Source: Cyanophyceae cyanobacterium
GTDB lineage: Bacteria; Cyanobacteriota; Cyanobacteriia; Cyanobacteriales; Laspinemataceae
Direction: 5' to 3'
Assembly: GCA_038321985.1 (NCBI GenBank)
Contig: JBBQFN010000016.1
Coordinates: 32,001 to 96,000 of the forward strand
DNA: 64,000 nt
Shown here: in pieces, positions 1 through 11,013 of the stretch
How positions within the stretch are numbered: the first letter of the stretch is position 1
Layout of the letters: every line of letters starts with the position of its first letter
Translations under genes and position numbers: made by a program
The notes under the pieces: model-generated
Database searches by the model: none
What the model was told of the DNA's origin: nothing
Seen by the model: the letters and a program-made list of their open reading frames with translations, nothing else

Positions 1-238
1 CATGAGGAAGGGTTAGGCATTTCTATAAAAAAAATCTGGCCGTTTTAACCCGAAAGATAAGGGAGTGCCGTTTCCTTAACCTTATTAATAGGGATATTTT
101 ATTGCTGCCCTCTACAAACCCAATCCTGAATCCCAACCTCACCCTAACGGAAATCCCCCCAATTGCCCACAAAAAAAGCCCGCACTCGTGCGAACTTTTA
201 TAACCTGACTTTGATTCGGTAGATTTCGGATTAAACTT

Positions 239-439
239 TTATATAACTTGCCATTGCTGTCGAAGTAAGGAAACAAAAGTATTGTATCCTTGAGAATTAC
301 CCGGGGAGTCGGGAATAAAATATTGGGGAAAGTCTTTGTAACAGCGCCATTGTTCATGAGGTTTCATTCGCAGGTACAATACTCGACCCATCGTACCATC
401 GGGTTTCCATGTCATCTGGCCTCGGATAGATAGGGACAT
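239..439 (-). CDS. small hypothetical protein (66 aa from the likely ATG at 439)
   Basis: ORF 239..529. The internal ATG at 439 has GGAGAAG upstream. The sequence (GRVLYLRMKPHEQWRCYKDFPQYFIPD...GYNTFVSLLRQQWQVI) resembles small conserved cyanobacterial hypotheticals (recall). Confidence 0.55.
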   Translation of the reverse strand: MSLSIRGQMTWKPDGTMGRVLYLRMKPHEQWRCYKDFPQYFIPDSPGNSQGYNTFVSLLRQQWQVI

Positions 440-630
440 AATTTCTTCTCCATTTTTATGGGAAAATCGAGATTTATTCGGGTCTATTATGGCAACATTC
501 AGTAACTTTTTCGTTACTATCATTACCATTTTGAACTAAAAAAGGAATAATTTTTTTGACCGGCGAGGGGCTTCTGGTGTTCCCAATCTTGACCGATCGC
601 AGGGGGATTTAAAAATAATTTAAATAAAAA

Positions 631-651
631 GGACATGGCAGCGCCATGTCC
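631..651. terminator. hairpin downstream of malQ (terminator or REP-like)
   Basis: GGACATGGC-agc-GCCATGTCC, a perfect 9-bp stem followed on the minus strand by a T-run. Confidence 0.55.
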
Positions 652-681
652 CTCTAGTGATTTGACCCAGTAATTTTATTC

Positions 682-2205
682 TTAATTTTGTTGGGAAAGA
701 CGTTGGTAAATTTCCGTCAACATTTTAAGGCGATCGCACAGTTCAGGTGATAAATCTTCCGGTTTGTAGCGCCAGGACCAATTCCCCTCTGATTTACCCG
801 GTGCATTCATTCGCGCTTCGTTTCCCAATCCTAATAAATCTTGCAATTGGACGATGGCTTGATTCGCGACGGTACTCCACCCCAATCGAATTAATTCCCA
901 ATGAATTTCGCCTTCTGGCTGTCGGGGTTTATCTAAATAGCGCCATAATTTCTCCTTAGCCTCTTCCGAAAGTTGCTGATACCATCCCACGGTGGTATCA
1001 TTATCGTGAGTTCCGGGATAAACCACAAAATTTTGATTTTTATAATTATGCGGTAAAAACTGAGTCTCGGATTCTAACTCAAACGCAAATTGTAAAATTT
1101 TCATCCCGGGAAAATCAAAACATTCCCGCAAGGCAGTAACTTCGGCGCTAATGGTTCCCAAATCTTCGGCAATAATCGGCAATTTTCCTAACTTCTGTTC
1201 GAGGACTTCAAACAACTCCATCCCCGGTCCTTTTAACCACTGTCCATTTTTGGCAGTAGTTTCTCCTTTCGGTACCGCCCAAAAGGCTTCAAAGCCTCGA
1301 AAATGGTCAACGCGCAGGGCATCTACGGAGTCAAACATTGTCCGAAAACGCTGGACCCACCACTCGAATTCACTCTCTTTTAATTTCTCCCAATTGTAAA
1401 CTGGATTTCCCCAGAGTTGTCCAGTTTCCGGCGCAAAATAATCCGGCGGTACTCCCGCCATTAAGGAAGTTTCCCCGGTTTCTTCCTCTAGATAAAAAAG
1501 CTGGGGATTTGCCCAAACATCAGCGCTATCATGGGCAACATAAATGGGGATATCTCCGACAATTTGAATGTTTTTTTCATTGGCATACTGTTTAAGGGCG
1601 TGCCACTGGTTGTTAAACTCAAATTGCAAGAACTTATAAAAACCAATGCGATCGCTGAGTTCTTGCCGCACCTTTTCTAAGGCTTCCGGTTGATGCTGTC
1701 TTACTTCTGCCGGTTCCCAAGAGTTCCATCCCGCACTATGATGTTTTTCTTTGAGGGCCATAAACAAGGAATAATCCTCAATCCAATAAGCGCTGCGATC
1801 GCAAAATTGTTGGAGTTGCTGATGCTGTTCTGCGGAAGCATTAATTTGGAAATTTTGATAAGCGGTTTTTAACCACTTCATTTTTACAGGAATGACTTTC
1901 TCAAAATCAACGTTACCTCCGGGAAACTCTGAAACCTGGGTTAAATCTTCTTCCGATAGCCATCCTTTCTCCCGCAAGTATTCGGGGCAAATGAGTAAAG
2001 GATTACCGGCAAAAGCAGAATAGGACATATAGGGAGAATTTCCATATCCCGTTGGAGTCAGGGGTAATATTTGCCAGAGTCGTTGTCCGCTTTCTACGAG
2101 AAAATCAATGAACTGATACGCCTGAACACCGAAGTCGCCGATACCAAATCGGCTAGGCAAGGAGGTCGGATGTAATAAAATACCGCTGGTTCTAGGGAAA
2201 GACAT
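682..2205 (-). CDS. malQ: 4-alpha-glucanotransferase (amylomaltase, GH77)
   Basis: SGILLHPTSLP N-terminus, GVPPDYF...GQLWGNP, RVDHFRGF, IIAEDLG and GTHDNDT motifs. Confidence 0.97.
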   Translation of the reverse strand: MSFPRTSGILLHPTSLPSRFGIGDFGVQAYQFIDFLVESGQRLWQILPLTPTGYGNSPYMSYSAFAGNPLLICPEYLREKGWLSEEDLTQVSEFPGGNVDFEKVIPVKMKWLKTAYQNFQINASAEQHQQLQQFCDRSAYWIEDYSLFMALKEKHHSAGWNSWEPAEVRQHQPEALEKVRQELSDRIGFYKFLQFEFNNQWHALKQYANEKNIQIVGDIPIYVAHDSADVWANPQLFYLEEETGETSLMAGVPPDYFAPETGQLWGNPVYNWEKLKESEFEWWVQRFRTMFDSVDALRVDHFRGFEAFWAVPKGETTAKNGQWLKGPGMELFEVLEQKLGKLPIIAEDLGTISAEVTALRECFDFPGMKILQFAFELESETQFLPHNYKNQNFVVYPGTHDNDTTVGWYQQLSEEAKEKLWRYLDKPRQPEGEIHWELIRLGWSTVANQAIVQLQDLLGLGNEARMNAPGKSEGNWSWRYKPEDLSPELCDRLKMLTEIYQRLSQQN

Positions 2206-2638
2206 GATTCTACCAATATTAAGGGTTAAGGGGTTAGTTTGGAAAAAGGGAAACTCTATAAACTACAGTGTTTTTTTTATAGAAACTTACAAAGGGGATA
2301 TTTAAAAATCTGTCTTCTAATTCCTCCTTTTTTAAAGGAATTGAACATCCTGTAAACTGGTTTATTTTGAAACTTAAACAACATGGGGTAGTGAAAGAGA
2401 TACGCTATAAACAAACTTTAGAGGATTTTGAGACAAGGGGATCTATCCTGGGGATGATTTCCACATATTTTCATAAAAAATAATAGTAAGGAAATGGTTC
2501 GGGGGGTTAACGATCGCCTGAATCCGGGCCGGAAAGTTTGCCTAATTATATCGTTGGATAGAGAGATATTGGAGGAGGCTGTGTTAAGCTAAACCTGATT
2601 GTATTTAGCCAATTTTTTCGAGCCTAATCATTGGAGAA

Positions 2639-3307
2639 ATGCTTATGCCTTACCCCTGCGCACCTTGGACGCTCAAAGGCCGTGCGGTGCAAACTCTCCA
2701 TGCAATCAATACCCGGCGCGTGAGATCGCTCGTTCCCTCAGGCTTGGCGATCGTTGAGGTTTTACCCGGAAAAACCCTTGGGGGAGTTTATTGTGCTAAA
2801 TATGGGGTAGGGTCGAGTTTATTATATAGCGAATTAATTGTGGTCTGTGCATTAGTGCGACATAAAATGCAGTTTGGCGCATGGATTTCTCATATTTATG
2901 TTGACCATCCCGATTCCGTGGCAGGGGGTCGAGAAATCTGGGGATTACCGAAAGAATTAGCCGAATTTACTTGGGAAAAAGATGATCGCGATCGCGTCAG
3001 GGTTCGACAAGGCGATCGCCTCTTGTGCAGTCTCGACTTTAGTTTACAAACCTTACGGGTGCCAGTCCCCTTTGCCTTTTCCAGCTTTAGCACCTTGGGT
3101 TCCAATTTGCTCCTATTTCCCGCCGAATTCACCTCTGACATTGGCTTAGTCGAGAGTAGATTAGTCATTCCCCCCGAGAGTCCCTTCTCGATGTTAAACT
3201 TGCCGAAACCAGGCTTAACCTTTTCTTGTGAGGACTTACGATTGGTTGCCGGTGAACCAAAAGTGATCCAAGAAAGAGCGACTGCCACCCCCTCTGCTTC
3301 CGCATAG
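2639..3307 (+). CDS. acetoacetate decarboxylase (ADC)-like family protein
   Basis: YPxAPWTLKG start, YSELIV, and WISHIYVD...SVAGGREIWGLPK with the Schiff-base Lys. Confidence 0.85.
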   Translation: MLMPYPCAPWTLKGRAVQTLHAINTRRVRSLVPSGLAIVEVLPGKTLGGVYCAKYGVGSSLLYSELIVVCALVRHKMQFGAWISHIYVDHPDSVAGGREIWGLPKELAEFTWEKDDRDRVRVRQGDRLLCSLDFSLQTLRVPVPFAFSSFSTLGSNLLLFPAEFTSDIGLVESRLVIPPESPFSMLNLPKPGLTFSCEDLRLVAGEPKVIQERATATPSASA

Positions 3308-3342
3308 CGATCGCCACCCCATCCCCTCCTGTCTTCTATTCT

Positions 3343-3600
3343 TCCATGTTTGTAGTAACGACTTCAGTCGTTTACGGCTCATTTCCATCCCTACGAACAG
3401 GAAGAGATGACTGAAGTCATCACGACGAACCCGGAAGAAAGAGTTTACCTTTTTATCCATGTTTGTAGTAACGAATTCAGTCGTTTCCGGCTCCTTTTCA
3501 TCCCGGCGAATAGGAAGAGAGGACTGAAGTCATCACTACGAACAATCAAGAAATAACTGAAGTCTTTCTCCACGTTTTTAGTAACGACTTCAGTCGTTTG
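3343..3600. repeat. REP/REPIN-like array, about 113-bp period, GTAG-headed palindromes
   Basis: GTAGTAACGACTTCAGTCGTT at 3352, with variants at 3465 and 3578 and inverted degenerate copies (GACTGAAGTCATCAC[G/T]AC) in between. Lies between convergent genes. Confidence 0.85.
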
Positions 3601-3621
3601 CGGGTTCTTCATTACCCTTAC

Positions 3622-5214
3622 TTACTTCTCAATCCAAACTTCAATCATGCCGACTGGAACGTGAATTATAGGATGATCAAACACCCCTCGCACCGCTTCC
3701 GTACCTCCAAGTTCCTTCAATCGCTGCAACTGCTTTTTCAGCTTAGGATTGAACTTAATATGTTCCTCGACTGCCCGTTCCGCTTCTGCCGAACTGGGTT
3801 TTCGTAGAGAGAGGGTTTCTAAAAATGCCTGAACCTCACCATACAAGGCATTAATCGGACTCACTGCTTGTTGGTTCGTGTTCGTCCCGGGAATTTTTTG
3901 TGCGAGGGTTGCGCCAGTGGAGAGGAGGGGTGTATCTGGAATCTTGGGAGTCTCAGAATGGGTAAACTCTTTACTCGCAATACCATTACCCGAACCGAAA
4001 TTTCTCACCACTCCAGCAACATCCACCCCGGTACTCGATCGCAACTGTTCCAAAAACGAAGCCATTTTCCCAGCGGTACTGCCGTTTGTTGTATCAATTG
4101 AAGTTAGAGTGTGAATTCTCACTTCGGGTACAGTAGAAACCATTGTTTTGAGCAGAGGTTCCAGCTTTTGCAACAGGAAAATCTCACGCGCCGAAGGTCC
4201 TGCTGCTTTCCAGGATTCTGCTAGGCGTTTCGTCCCCATTGCCTGCGCTTTTCCATCTTCAATAATTCCCGATGCCTTCCCTTTCGCTTCAGCGATCGCC
4301 CGCTTACATTGTGCCTCCGCAGGTGCGACTACATCCGCCTGTAATTGTTGCTCAACTTGTTTAATTCGCTCCGTTTGAACTGCCACGTCTGCCTGAGTTC
4401 GCGCCACTTCTGAGCCAATTTCCGCTTCCGCCTCGGCGACTAATGCAGCGCGGATCGTCTTGGCATCTTGGATGCGGCGATTAGATTCCGCGCGAGTCAT
4501 TTCGACTTGGCTGGCGATTCGTTTGATCGAGGTAGTTTGGTCATTTTCTGCGGTGCGAATCACAGACTGGGCCTTGGCTTTAGCTTCGGCAATCCGAGCA
4601 TCCCGGACCAGTTCCGCCCGTTGCTTGCGTCCGATTGAATCCAAGTATCGCACATCATCAGAAATATTTTGGATTTGCAGGTTATCCAACACTAATCCTA
4701 ACTTTTCTAGATCGTCTTCGGCTTCCTCTAACAAGCTTTTGGCAAAGGCGATTTTATCTTCATTGATTTGTTCGGGAGTCAAGGATGCCAACACCCCGCG
4801 CAAATTCCCCTCTAGGGTATCTTGGGCAATTTTCTCAATTTCTTGGCGGGTTTTGCCCAATAACCGCTCGATCGCATTGTGAATCGTCGGTTCAGTTCCG
4901 GCAATTTTAATATTAGCCACTCCTTCTACTTTCAGGGGAATACCGCCTTTAGAATAGGCATTAGTGACCCGCAGTTCGATGATCATATTAGTAAGATCCA
5001 TGCGGTAGGCGCGTTCTAACAAGGGAAGCCGAATGCTGCTACCCCCTTTCACCAAACGGTATCCCGCTATGCGATTGTCATCAAGTGGGCGCGCACTGCC
5101 TGCAAAAATTAGCACTTCGCTGGGTTGACAGATGTAATACAGATTGTTAATAACTAGCGCCCCAGCGCCACCCGCTGCGCCTAAAATCGCCAACAATCCC
5201 AGAATAACTTCCAT
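3622..5214 (-). CDS. flotillin/SPFH family protein with extra C-terminal domain
   Basis: N-terminal TM, SPFH core (AYSKGGIPLKVEGVANIKI, TLEGNLRGVLASLTPEQINEDK) and an Ala/Glu-rich coiled coil. Confidence 0.92.
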   Translation of the reverse strand: MEVILGLLAILGAAGGAGALVINNLYYICQPSEVLIFAGSARPLDDNRIAGYRLVKGGSSIRLPLLERAYRMDLTNMIIELRVTNAYSKGGIPLKVEGVANIKIAGTEPTIHNAIERLLGKTRQEIEKIAQDTLEGNLRGVLASLTPEQINEDKIAFAKSLLEEAEDDLEKLGLVLDNLQIQNISDDVRYLDSIGRKQRAELVRDARIAEAKAKAQSVIRTAENDQTTSIKRIASQVEMTRAESNRRIQDAKTIRAALVAEAEAEIGSEVARTQADVAVQTERIKQVEQQLQADVVAPAEAQCKRAIAEAKGKASGIIEDGKAQAMGTKRLAESWKAAGPSAREIFLLQKLEPLLKTMVSTVPEVRIHTLTSIDTTNGSTAGKMASFLEQLRSSTGVDVAGVVRNFGSGNGIASKEFTHSETPKIPDTPLLSTGATLAQKIPGTNTNQQAVSPINALYGEVQAFLETLSLRKPSSAEAERAVEEHIKFNPKLKKQLQRLKELGGTEAVRGVFDHPIIHVPVGMIEVWIEK

Positions 5215-5273
5215 TTGTGTCTCCTAATTAGTGAGTGGTATGAATCAGTTGTCATTCCTCCTTCATCCCCTAT

Positions 5274-6713
5274 CTATCCCGGCTTACTAACTTCTACAAC
5301 TGATACTTTTGGCTTGTCTTTCTTACTCCGGTTCAGGGTTCCGATGACATCAATGCCCAGGGTGCGATCTACGCGATCGAGGAATTGTCCGACGATTTCG
5401 GGATAGGCATTGACTAAACTAGCGACTGATTTGCCATCGCCATTGTCGATGACATTAATGCGATCAATCTGTACCCGCTGGGTAATATTTGCCACCTCTC
5501 GTAATACCATCTCAATCTGCTGGATTAAGAATACTTCCGCTGCATCAGTGCCGGTTTCGCGCCAGACTTCAGAGAAGAGGTCATTCACTTGTGCCGCAGC
5601 TTTGGCATTTTCCTCAAATCCGGCTGCTTCCCCTCGCGATCGCAATTCTTTGGCTTGGCGTGCCGCTTCTGCGGGGAGGACTTCATCGGCTTCTAAACGG
5701 AGGCGTTCGAGATCGGCACGGATACTTTGTAGAAGTTGTTCCGCACGAGCTCGGGCTTCTTTAGCGGCGGCTTTTGTACGTTCTTCTTCCGATCGCGCCT
5801 GTTGATCGAGTTCGGCTTTAATCTTCCGCAGTTCATTATTTTTTTCCTCGATTGCCATCCGGGCCAGGGTTTTGGCGACTTCTGACTGTTGCTGAGTTTC
5901 GGCTTCTACGGCTTCGGCTTCAGCTAGAGCGTTGGATTCGGCAATTTCGGCATCCCGGACGATCGCAGCAATTTGGCGGCGTCCGATCGAACTCAGGTAC
6001 TCTACATCATCAGAAACACTTTGAATTTTTAACGTATCAATTTCTAACCCTAACCGTTGCAAATCGTCCTGTACATCATCGGCAATCCGTTCGGCAAACC
6101 GCAGGCGATCTTCGTTGAGTTCTTCAGGGGTTAAGGTGGCAACAACGCCCCGCAAATTTCCTTCTAGGGTTTCTCGGGCGACTCGGACGATTTCCTTGCG
6201 ATCGCGGTCGAGAAAGCGTTCAATTGCGTTTCCAACTATTTGGGGGTTGCTGGAAATTTTCACATTGGCGATCGCTTGAATATCCAGGGGCGTTCCCCCT
6301 TTGGCATAGGCATTTTTTACTTCCACCGGCACCGGCATCGTGGTCAAATCCATGCGCTTGACGGTTTCCAAAATGGGGATACAAATAGTTCGATATCGCG
6401 TCACTCGATATCCTAATTCTTGGCCGTCTTTATTCTTTCGCTTCAACCCCGATAAAATTAAAATTTCGTTAGGTTTGCAAATACACAGGACCTTATTCAA
6501 AAACCACAAAAATATCAGAAACCCAAAAATTGCTAAGCCGATTGTACCTCCTCCCGTAATTAATCGGTCAGTAATATTGGATTGAGTTGTGGGGAGAGAA
6601 TTGACTTGGGCTAACTGTAGCGTCGAGATTTCGGCCCGAGGTTTCCCGGCGATCGCAACCCCAGAGTCCGTAAAATTTTTAGTCTGGAATGAGGTTTGAA
6701 GAAGCTGTTGCAT
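5274..6713 (-). CDS. flotillin/SPFH family protein
   Basis: TM helix, AYAKGGTPLDIQAIANVKI, ETLEGNLRGVVATLTPEELNEDR and a coiled coil. Confidence 0.92.
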   Translation of the reverse strand: MQQLLQTSFQTKNFTDSGVAIAGKPRAEISTLQLAQVNSLPTTQSNITDRLITGGGTIGLAIFGFLIFLWFLNKVLCICKPNEILILSGLKRKNKDGQELGYRVTRYRTICIPILETVKRMDLTTMPVPVEVKNAYAKGGTPLDIQAIANVKISSNPQIVGNAIERFLDRDRKEIVRVARETLEGNLRGVVATLTPEELNEDRLRFAERIADDVQDDLQRLGLEIDTLKIQSVSDDVEYLSSIGRRQIAAIVRDAEIAESNALAEAEAVEAETQQQSEVAKTLARMAIEEKNNELRKIKAELDQQARSEEERTKAAAKEARARAEQLLQSIRADLERLRLEADEVLPAEAARQAKELRSRGEAAGFEENAKAAAQVNDLFSEVWRETGTDAAEVFLIQQIEMVLREVANITQRVQIDRINVIDNGDGKSVASLVNAYPEIVGQFLDRVDRTLGIDVIGTLNRSKKDKPKVSVVEVSKPG

Positions 6714-6800
6714 AGCTTTAGATTCCTTTCCAATGAATTAGATAAATTTTTAAAGATGAGGTGAAATTAAGATAGAATTTGCCCCCATCTTCAGGCTGAA

Positions 6801-7427
6801 TTACCGGAGAAATTTCAAGTCGTTGGATGCTTCTGAAACCACCCAAAGGCGATTATTTTTAAGGCCCACAACGAAAACCCGGTCTCCTTTCCTGAATGAT
6901 TTAGACTCGTCTGTAAAGGCCATAAACTCTACGTTAGCCCCTTTGACGTTAACCCGGACTTTGCCTTTACTTTCGGCATTGAAAGGAAGCAGCACAATTG
7001 CGGAAAGTCCTACGAAGTCACTAGAACGGGTGAGACTATTGGCATGGCGTTGTCCTAGGCTTCTAAGTATCCAAACCATCGTAGTCCCACAAAAGATACC
7101 CATCCCCCCGGCAAGTCCAGCGATCTGTAAGGCGGGCATTTCCGGGCGTAGCCAATTGAGGACGATTCCAGTTAAGCCAAAAAAACAACTACCAAAGGTC
7201 CAAAATTTGAGACTAAAAAACGGCAACTGGAAGATACGCTTGACCCGATTTTCCCGTTTTAACCCTTCCACCTTTTGACCCTTATCGAGAATTTCCAAGT
7301 CAGAATCAAAGGCTATACCGAAATCTGCACCGTCGAGTCCTCCAATCGCGGCGAACACGACGAAAATCCCGCCCATGCCGAAACAAAAAAGATAGATAGG
7401 CATCATTTTTAAGAGCCTCGTCTGCAT
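6801..7427 (-). CDS. NfeD-like membrane protein (C-terminal OB fold)
   Basis: Three hydrophobic segments, FFSLKFWTFG..FFGLTG, and C-terminal GKVRVNVKG...GDRVFVV. NfeD genes canonically sit upstream of flotillins. Start may be 7406 or 7403. Confidence 0.85.
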   Translation of the reverse strand: MQTRLLKMMPIYLFCFGMGGIFVVFAAIGGLDGADFGIAFDSDLEILDKGQKVEGLKRENRVKRIFQLPFFSLKFWTFGSCFFGLTGIVLNWLRPEMPALQIAGLAGGMGIFCGTTMVWILRSLGQRHANSLTRSSDFVGLSAIVLLPFNAESKGKVRVNVKGANVEFMAFTDESKSFRKGDRVFVVGLKNNRLWVVSEASNDLKFLR

Positions 7428-7755
7428 ATTAATTTTTCAGACATTACTGATTGTCGCAAAAAAAAACACAAGCGTCCAGTTTTGTTACGAAAATTTGTGA
7501 TGAGTACCTCAGCTAGTTCTGTAGCCGCAATAGCGATCGCCCTAGAGGCCGGATTTTCCGGGGGAATCTCTTCCCCATTCTGCATTCGCCTCTAATTAAC
7601 ACCCTGGTATAGGGACTTAGACGATTGAAGGAGAATCAAAACAGCGCCGATTGACCGAAACCCGGAGAATTTGCCAAGATGGGGTCTTCATCCGAGGCGA
7701 TCGCCCCACTTTTTCTGAGATAATAATCTCCCTAAGTCTAAATAAGGAGAATGTG

Positions 7756-9561
7756 ATGCGACTATCACAAATGCTATTTGTAACCCTCCGTGAAGATCCG
7801 GCAGAAGCGGAAATTCCTAGTCATAAACTCCTGTTGCGTGCGGGTTATATCCGTCGGATTGCCAGTGGTGTTTATGCTTATCTGCCGTTGATGTGGCGGG
7901 TTCTCAAAAAAGTATCCAACATTGTGCGCGAGGAAATGGATGCAACTGGCGCTCAAGAATGCCTGCTGCCGCAACTGCAACCTGCCGAGTTATGGCAAGA
8001 ATCAGGACGTTGGGATACTTATACCAAGGCAGAAGGAATCATGTTTGCCCTTACCGATCGCCAAGAACGAGAAATGGGACTCGGACCAACTCATGAAGAG
8101 GTAATCACGGCGATCGCCCGGGATATGATTCGCTCTTATCGTCAGCTTCCTGTTCATTTGTATCAAATCCAAAATAAATTTCGTGATGAAATTCGTCCCC
8201 GTTTTGGGTTAATGCGCGGACGAGAATTCATTATGAAAGATGGATACTCCTTTCATGCTGATGAAGCCAGTTTACAAAAAACTTATGCGGATATGGACTG
8301 GGCTTATAGCAATATGCTACGGCGCTGCGGTTTGCAATTTCGCGCGGTTCAAGCTGATTCGGGAGCAATTGGAGGGGCAGCTTCCCAAGAATTTATGATT
8401 TTGGCAGAAGCCGGAGAAGATGAAGTTCTTTACACCGAAGATGCTCAATATGCAGCTAACGTAGAAAAAGCTACCTCTTTACCACCCGATGCCAAATCTA
8501 GCGCTTTTGTTCTCCCTGAAAAACGAGAGACGCCTAACACCGATACCATTCATAAACTTTCTCAGTTTCTCCAATGTTCTCCCACCGAGATAGTTAAAAA
8601 TATCATCTATCGCGTGGTTTATGACAATGGTAGAATGGTCTTAGTGCTGGTTAGTATTCGAGGCGACTTAGAAGTAAACGAAGTTAAACTCTATAATGAG
8701 TTAGCCAAACTAGCCGAAAGTTATGGGGGAAATGCTATCCTAGCCGTAGATATTCCTTCGGAACAGGTGCAACAACAATTGACCCTTAAGCCCCTACCTT
8801 TAGGATATATTGGTCCTGATCTTGCGGATAACTATATCACACCTGCGGAACATTTGCAACCGGAATTTTTACGATTTGCCGATCGCACTGTAGTAGATTT
8901 AAAGAATTTTGTGACCGGGGCTAATGAAACCGGCTATCATGTAGTGGGTGCCAATTGGGGCGAACAGTTTCCCATCAGCAGTCGCATCGTAGATTTACGA
9001 AAATCAAAGGCAGGCGATCGGGCTGTTCATGACCCTAGTCAAATCTTGAAAAGTGCCAGAGGTATCGAAGTCGGTCACATCTTCCAACTGGGGACTAAAT
9101 ATTCTCAAGCATTGGGGGCAACTTATACCAATGAACAAGGGGATAACGTCCCATTAGTGATGGGATGTTATGGAGTTGGGGTGTCCCGATTGGCACAGGC
9201 AGCCGTGGAGCAATCTTATGATAAAGATGGCATTATTTGGCCCGTGGCGATCGCCCCTTATCACGCAATTATTTGCATTCCCAATCTTTCGGACACCGAA
9301 CAGGTAGAAGTAGGAGAAAAACTCTACACAGATCTCAATTTAGCCGGCATTGAAACCCTTTTAGATGACCGGGAAGAACGGGCAGGGGTTAAATTTAAAG
9401 ATGCGGATTTGATTGGAATTCCCTATCGAATTGTTACCGGGCGATCGCTGAAATCGGGTAAGGTGGAAGTGGTGGAACGGGCGACTAAAATCTCCCATGA
9501 AATTGCAATTCCTGAAGTAGTAGCTACCTTAAAACAATGGATTGAAGCGGCATTGTCTTAA
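7756..9561 (+). CDS. proS: proline--tRNA ligase
   Basis: [47 protein letters not shown] and [17 protein letters not shown] precedes the ATG at 7756. Confidence 0.98.
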   Translation: MRLSQMLFVTLREDPAEAEIPSHKLLLRAGYIRRIASGVYAYLPLMWRVLKKVSNIVREEMDATGAQECLLPQLQPAELWQESGRWDTYTKAEGIMFALTDRQEREMGLGPTHEEVITAIARDMIRSYRQLPVHLYQIQNKFRDEIRPRFGLMRGREFIMKDGYSFHADEASLQKTYADMDWAYSNMLRRCGLQFRAVQADSGAIGGAASQEFMILAEAGEDEVLYTEDAQYAANVEKATSLPPDAKSSAFVLPEKRETPNTDTIHKLSQFLQCSPTEIVKNIIYRVVYDNGRMVLVLVSIRGDLEVNEVKLYNELAKLAESYGGNAILAVDIPSEQVQQQLTLKPLPLGYIGPDLADNYITPAEHLQPEFLRFADRTVVDLKNFVTGANETGYHVVGANWGEQFPISSRIVDLRKSKAGDRAVHDPSQILKSARGIEVGHIFQLGTKYSQALGATYTNEQGDNVPLVMGCYGVGVSRLAQAAVEQSYDKDGIIWPVAIAPYHAIICIPNLSDTEQVEVGEKLYTDLNLAGIETLLDDREERAGVKFKDADLIGIPYRIVTGRSLKSGKVEVVERATKISHEIAIPEVVATLKQWIEAALS

Positions 9562-9590
9562 GTTTTGACCCCAGGTAAAGTGCGACAACC

Positions 9591-9619
9591 GGCCGCCAAT
9601 CGTTTAAACGTTGGCGGCC
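9591..9619 (+). terminator. inverted repeat after proS
   Basis: GGCCGCCAA...TTGGCGGCC stem about 30 nt after the stop. Confidence 0.5.
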
Positions 9620-9889
9620 TCCTAGCTGAAGTCAGTTTAAACTACCTCAAGAATTTATGTTTAAACCATCACTTTTAAATTTACAAGTTTTAGTATTAAT
9701 AAATCTCAAAATAGTAAATTATAAACCTGGTTAAATATTTCCAAAAAATTCTGTTCCAGTTTCCCGGAACAAATTGTACTAAAACACTTATAAATTATGG
9801 GGATAATTATTTTAAAGCGTGAGAGAGCCTCCCTCCCACATAATTGACCCTCTTTTATAACTAACGCCCCCCTCTTTTATTCAAATCCA

Positions 9890-10708
9890 ATGGAATTTTT
9901 TACCCTGCTGTTGTCCAGCCTGTTTACTTTATTGTCTCCTGCTGGGATTGCCTTAGATACCCTGGCAGAAAATAATATTCGCGATCGCCTCCATTCTGCG
10001 GAACAACTCGAAGTCCGTATTGATAATACCCCCAATTATCAATTAATTGGCGGCAAGGTTGATCATTTACGAATTGCGGGACGGGGATTATCCTTAATTC
10101 CAGGATTAAGAATCGATACCTTAGAAATAGAAACTGACCCTATTGATGTCAATCCTAGAGAATTAGGACGAGGTTCTGGTACTACCCCAGTCCGGGGATT
10201 AAAACAACCCTTACAAGCGGCGGTGCGGATAGGGGTAACAGAGGCAGATATTAATGCAGCATTGCAGTCCCCTGAACTTTATAATGAACTGCAAAATTTA
10301 GCATTAAGCCTATTTGATTCTCCCTTAATTAAACAAATTGCCGCCCGTTATACCCTAGTCGATCGCCAAGTCACTTTTTTAGCCAATAACCGGATCCGAT
10401 TCCAGGCTCAAATTCAAGAACGCGGTTATGATGACCGCTTGAATTTAACGATAGAAACTGGCCTAACTGTCAGTGAGGGTCAACAATTACAACTGGTCTC
10501 ACCGCAAGTTTGGGTGAACGATCGCCCTGCCACCCAGCGATTAGTAACCGGATTAATAGATGTAACCCGGCGATTTAATTTACAAAGATTAGAAAGTCGA
10601 GGGGTGCGATCGCGGATTTTGCACTTTAAACTCACCCCAGGCGGTGCAGAAATAGCCCTATTCTTAGCCGTCAATCCCGAGATTAAAGTGCAAGACACCA
10701 CCCCCTGA
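9890..10708 (+). CDS. DUF2993/LmeA-like protein, paralog 1
   Basis: Hydrophobic N-terminus, AEQLEVRIDNTPNYQLIGGKVDHLRIAGRG and TEADINAALQSP. Confidence 0.8.
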   Translation: MEFFTLLLSSLFTLLSPAGIALDTLAENNIRDRLHSAEQLEVRIDNTPNYQLIGGKVDHLRIAGRGLSLIPGLRIDTLEIETDPIDVNPRELGRGSGTTPVRGLKQPLQAAVRIGVTEADINAALQSPELYNELQNLALSLFDSPLIKQIAARYTLVDRQVTFLANNRIRFQAQIQERGYDDRLNLTIETGLTVSEGQQLQLVSPQVWVNDRPATQRLVTGLIDVTRRFNLQRLESRGVRSRILHFKLTPGGAEIALFLAVNPEIKVQDTTP

Positions 10709-11013
10709 AAAGCTCCTCCCTACTGCCTTAATCAGGGAGGAATCGGAGATTCAAATTTACCCTGATTCAAAGGGATTTAGAAGAATTTCCAGGAGATAAA
10801 ATAGCGCAATTGTCTACTGTTATAACCATAATAACAACCGCGAAATACTCCCCCCTGTCCCCTGTATCAATTTGCTAGAGACTCCTAATGGTTTGTCTAA
10901 GAAAAGCACCCCAGTGTGAGTTATCCCCCTAGCGGAGGAACCCTAGTGGTGTGGCTCCACAGACAAGGGGCAGATAATCAGATAGACTGAGCTAGAGGAT
11001 TATTGAAAATGCT

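Noticed and set aside
3343..3600. Regularly spaced repeats as a CRISPR array
   Set aside because: The units alternate in orientation, the intervening sequences are themselves similar, the period is 113 bp and there are no cas genes. This fits REP-like repeats.
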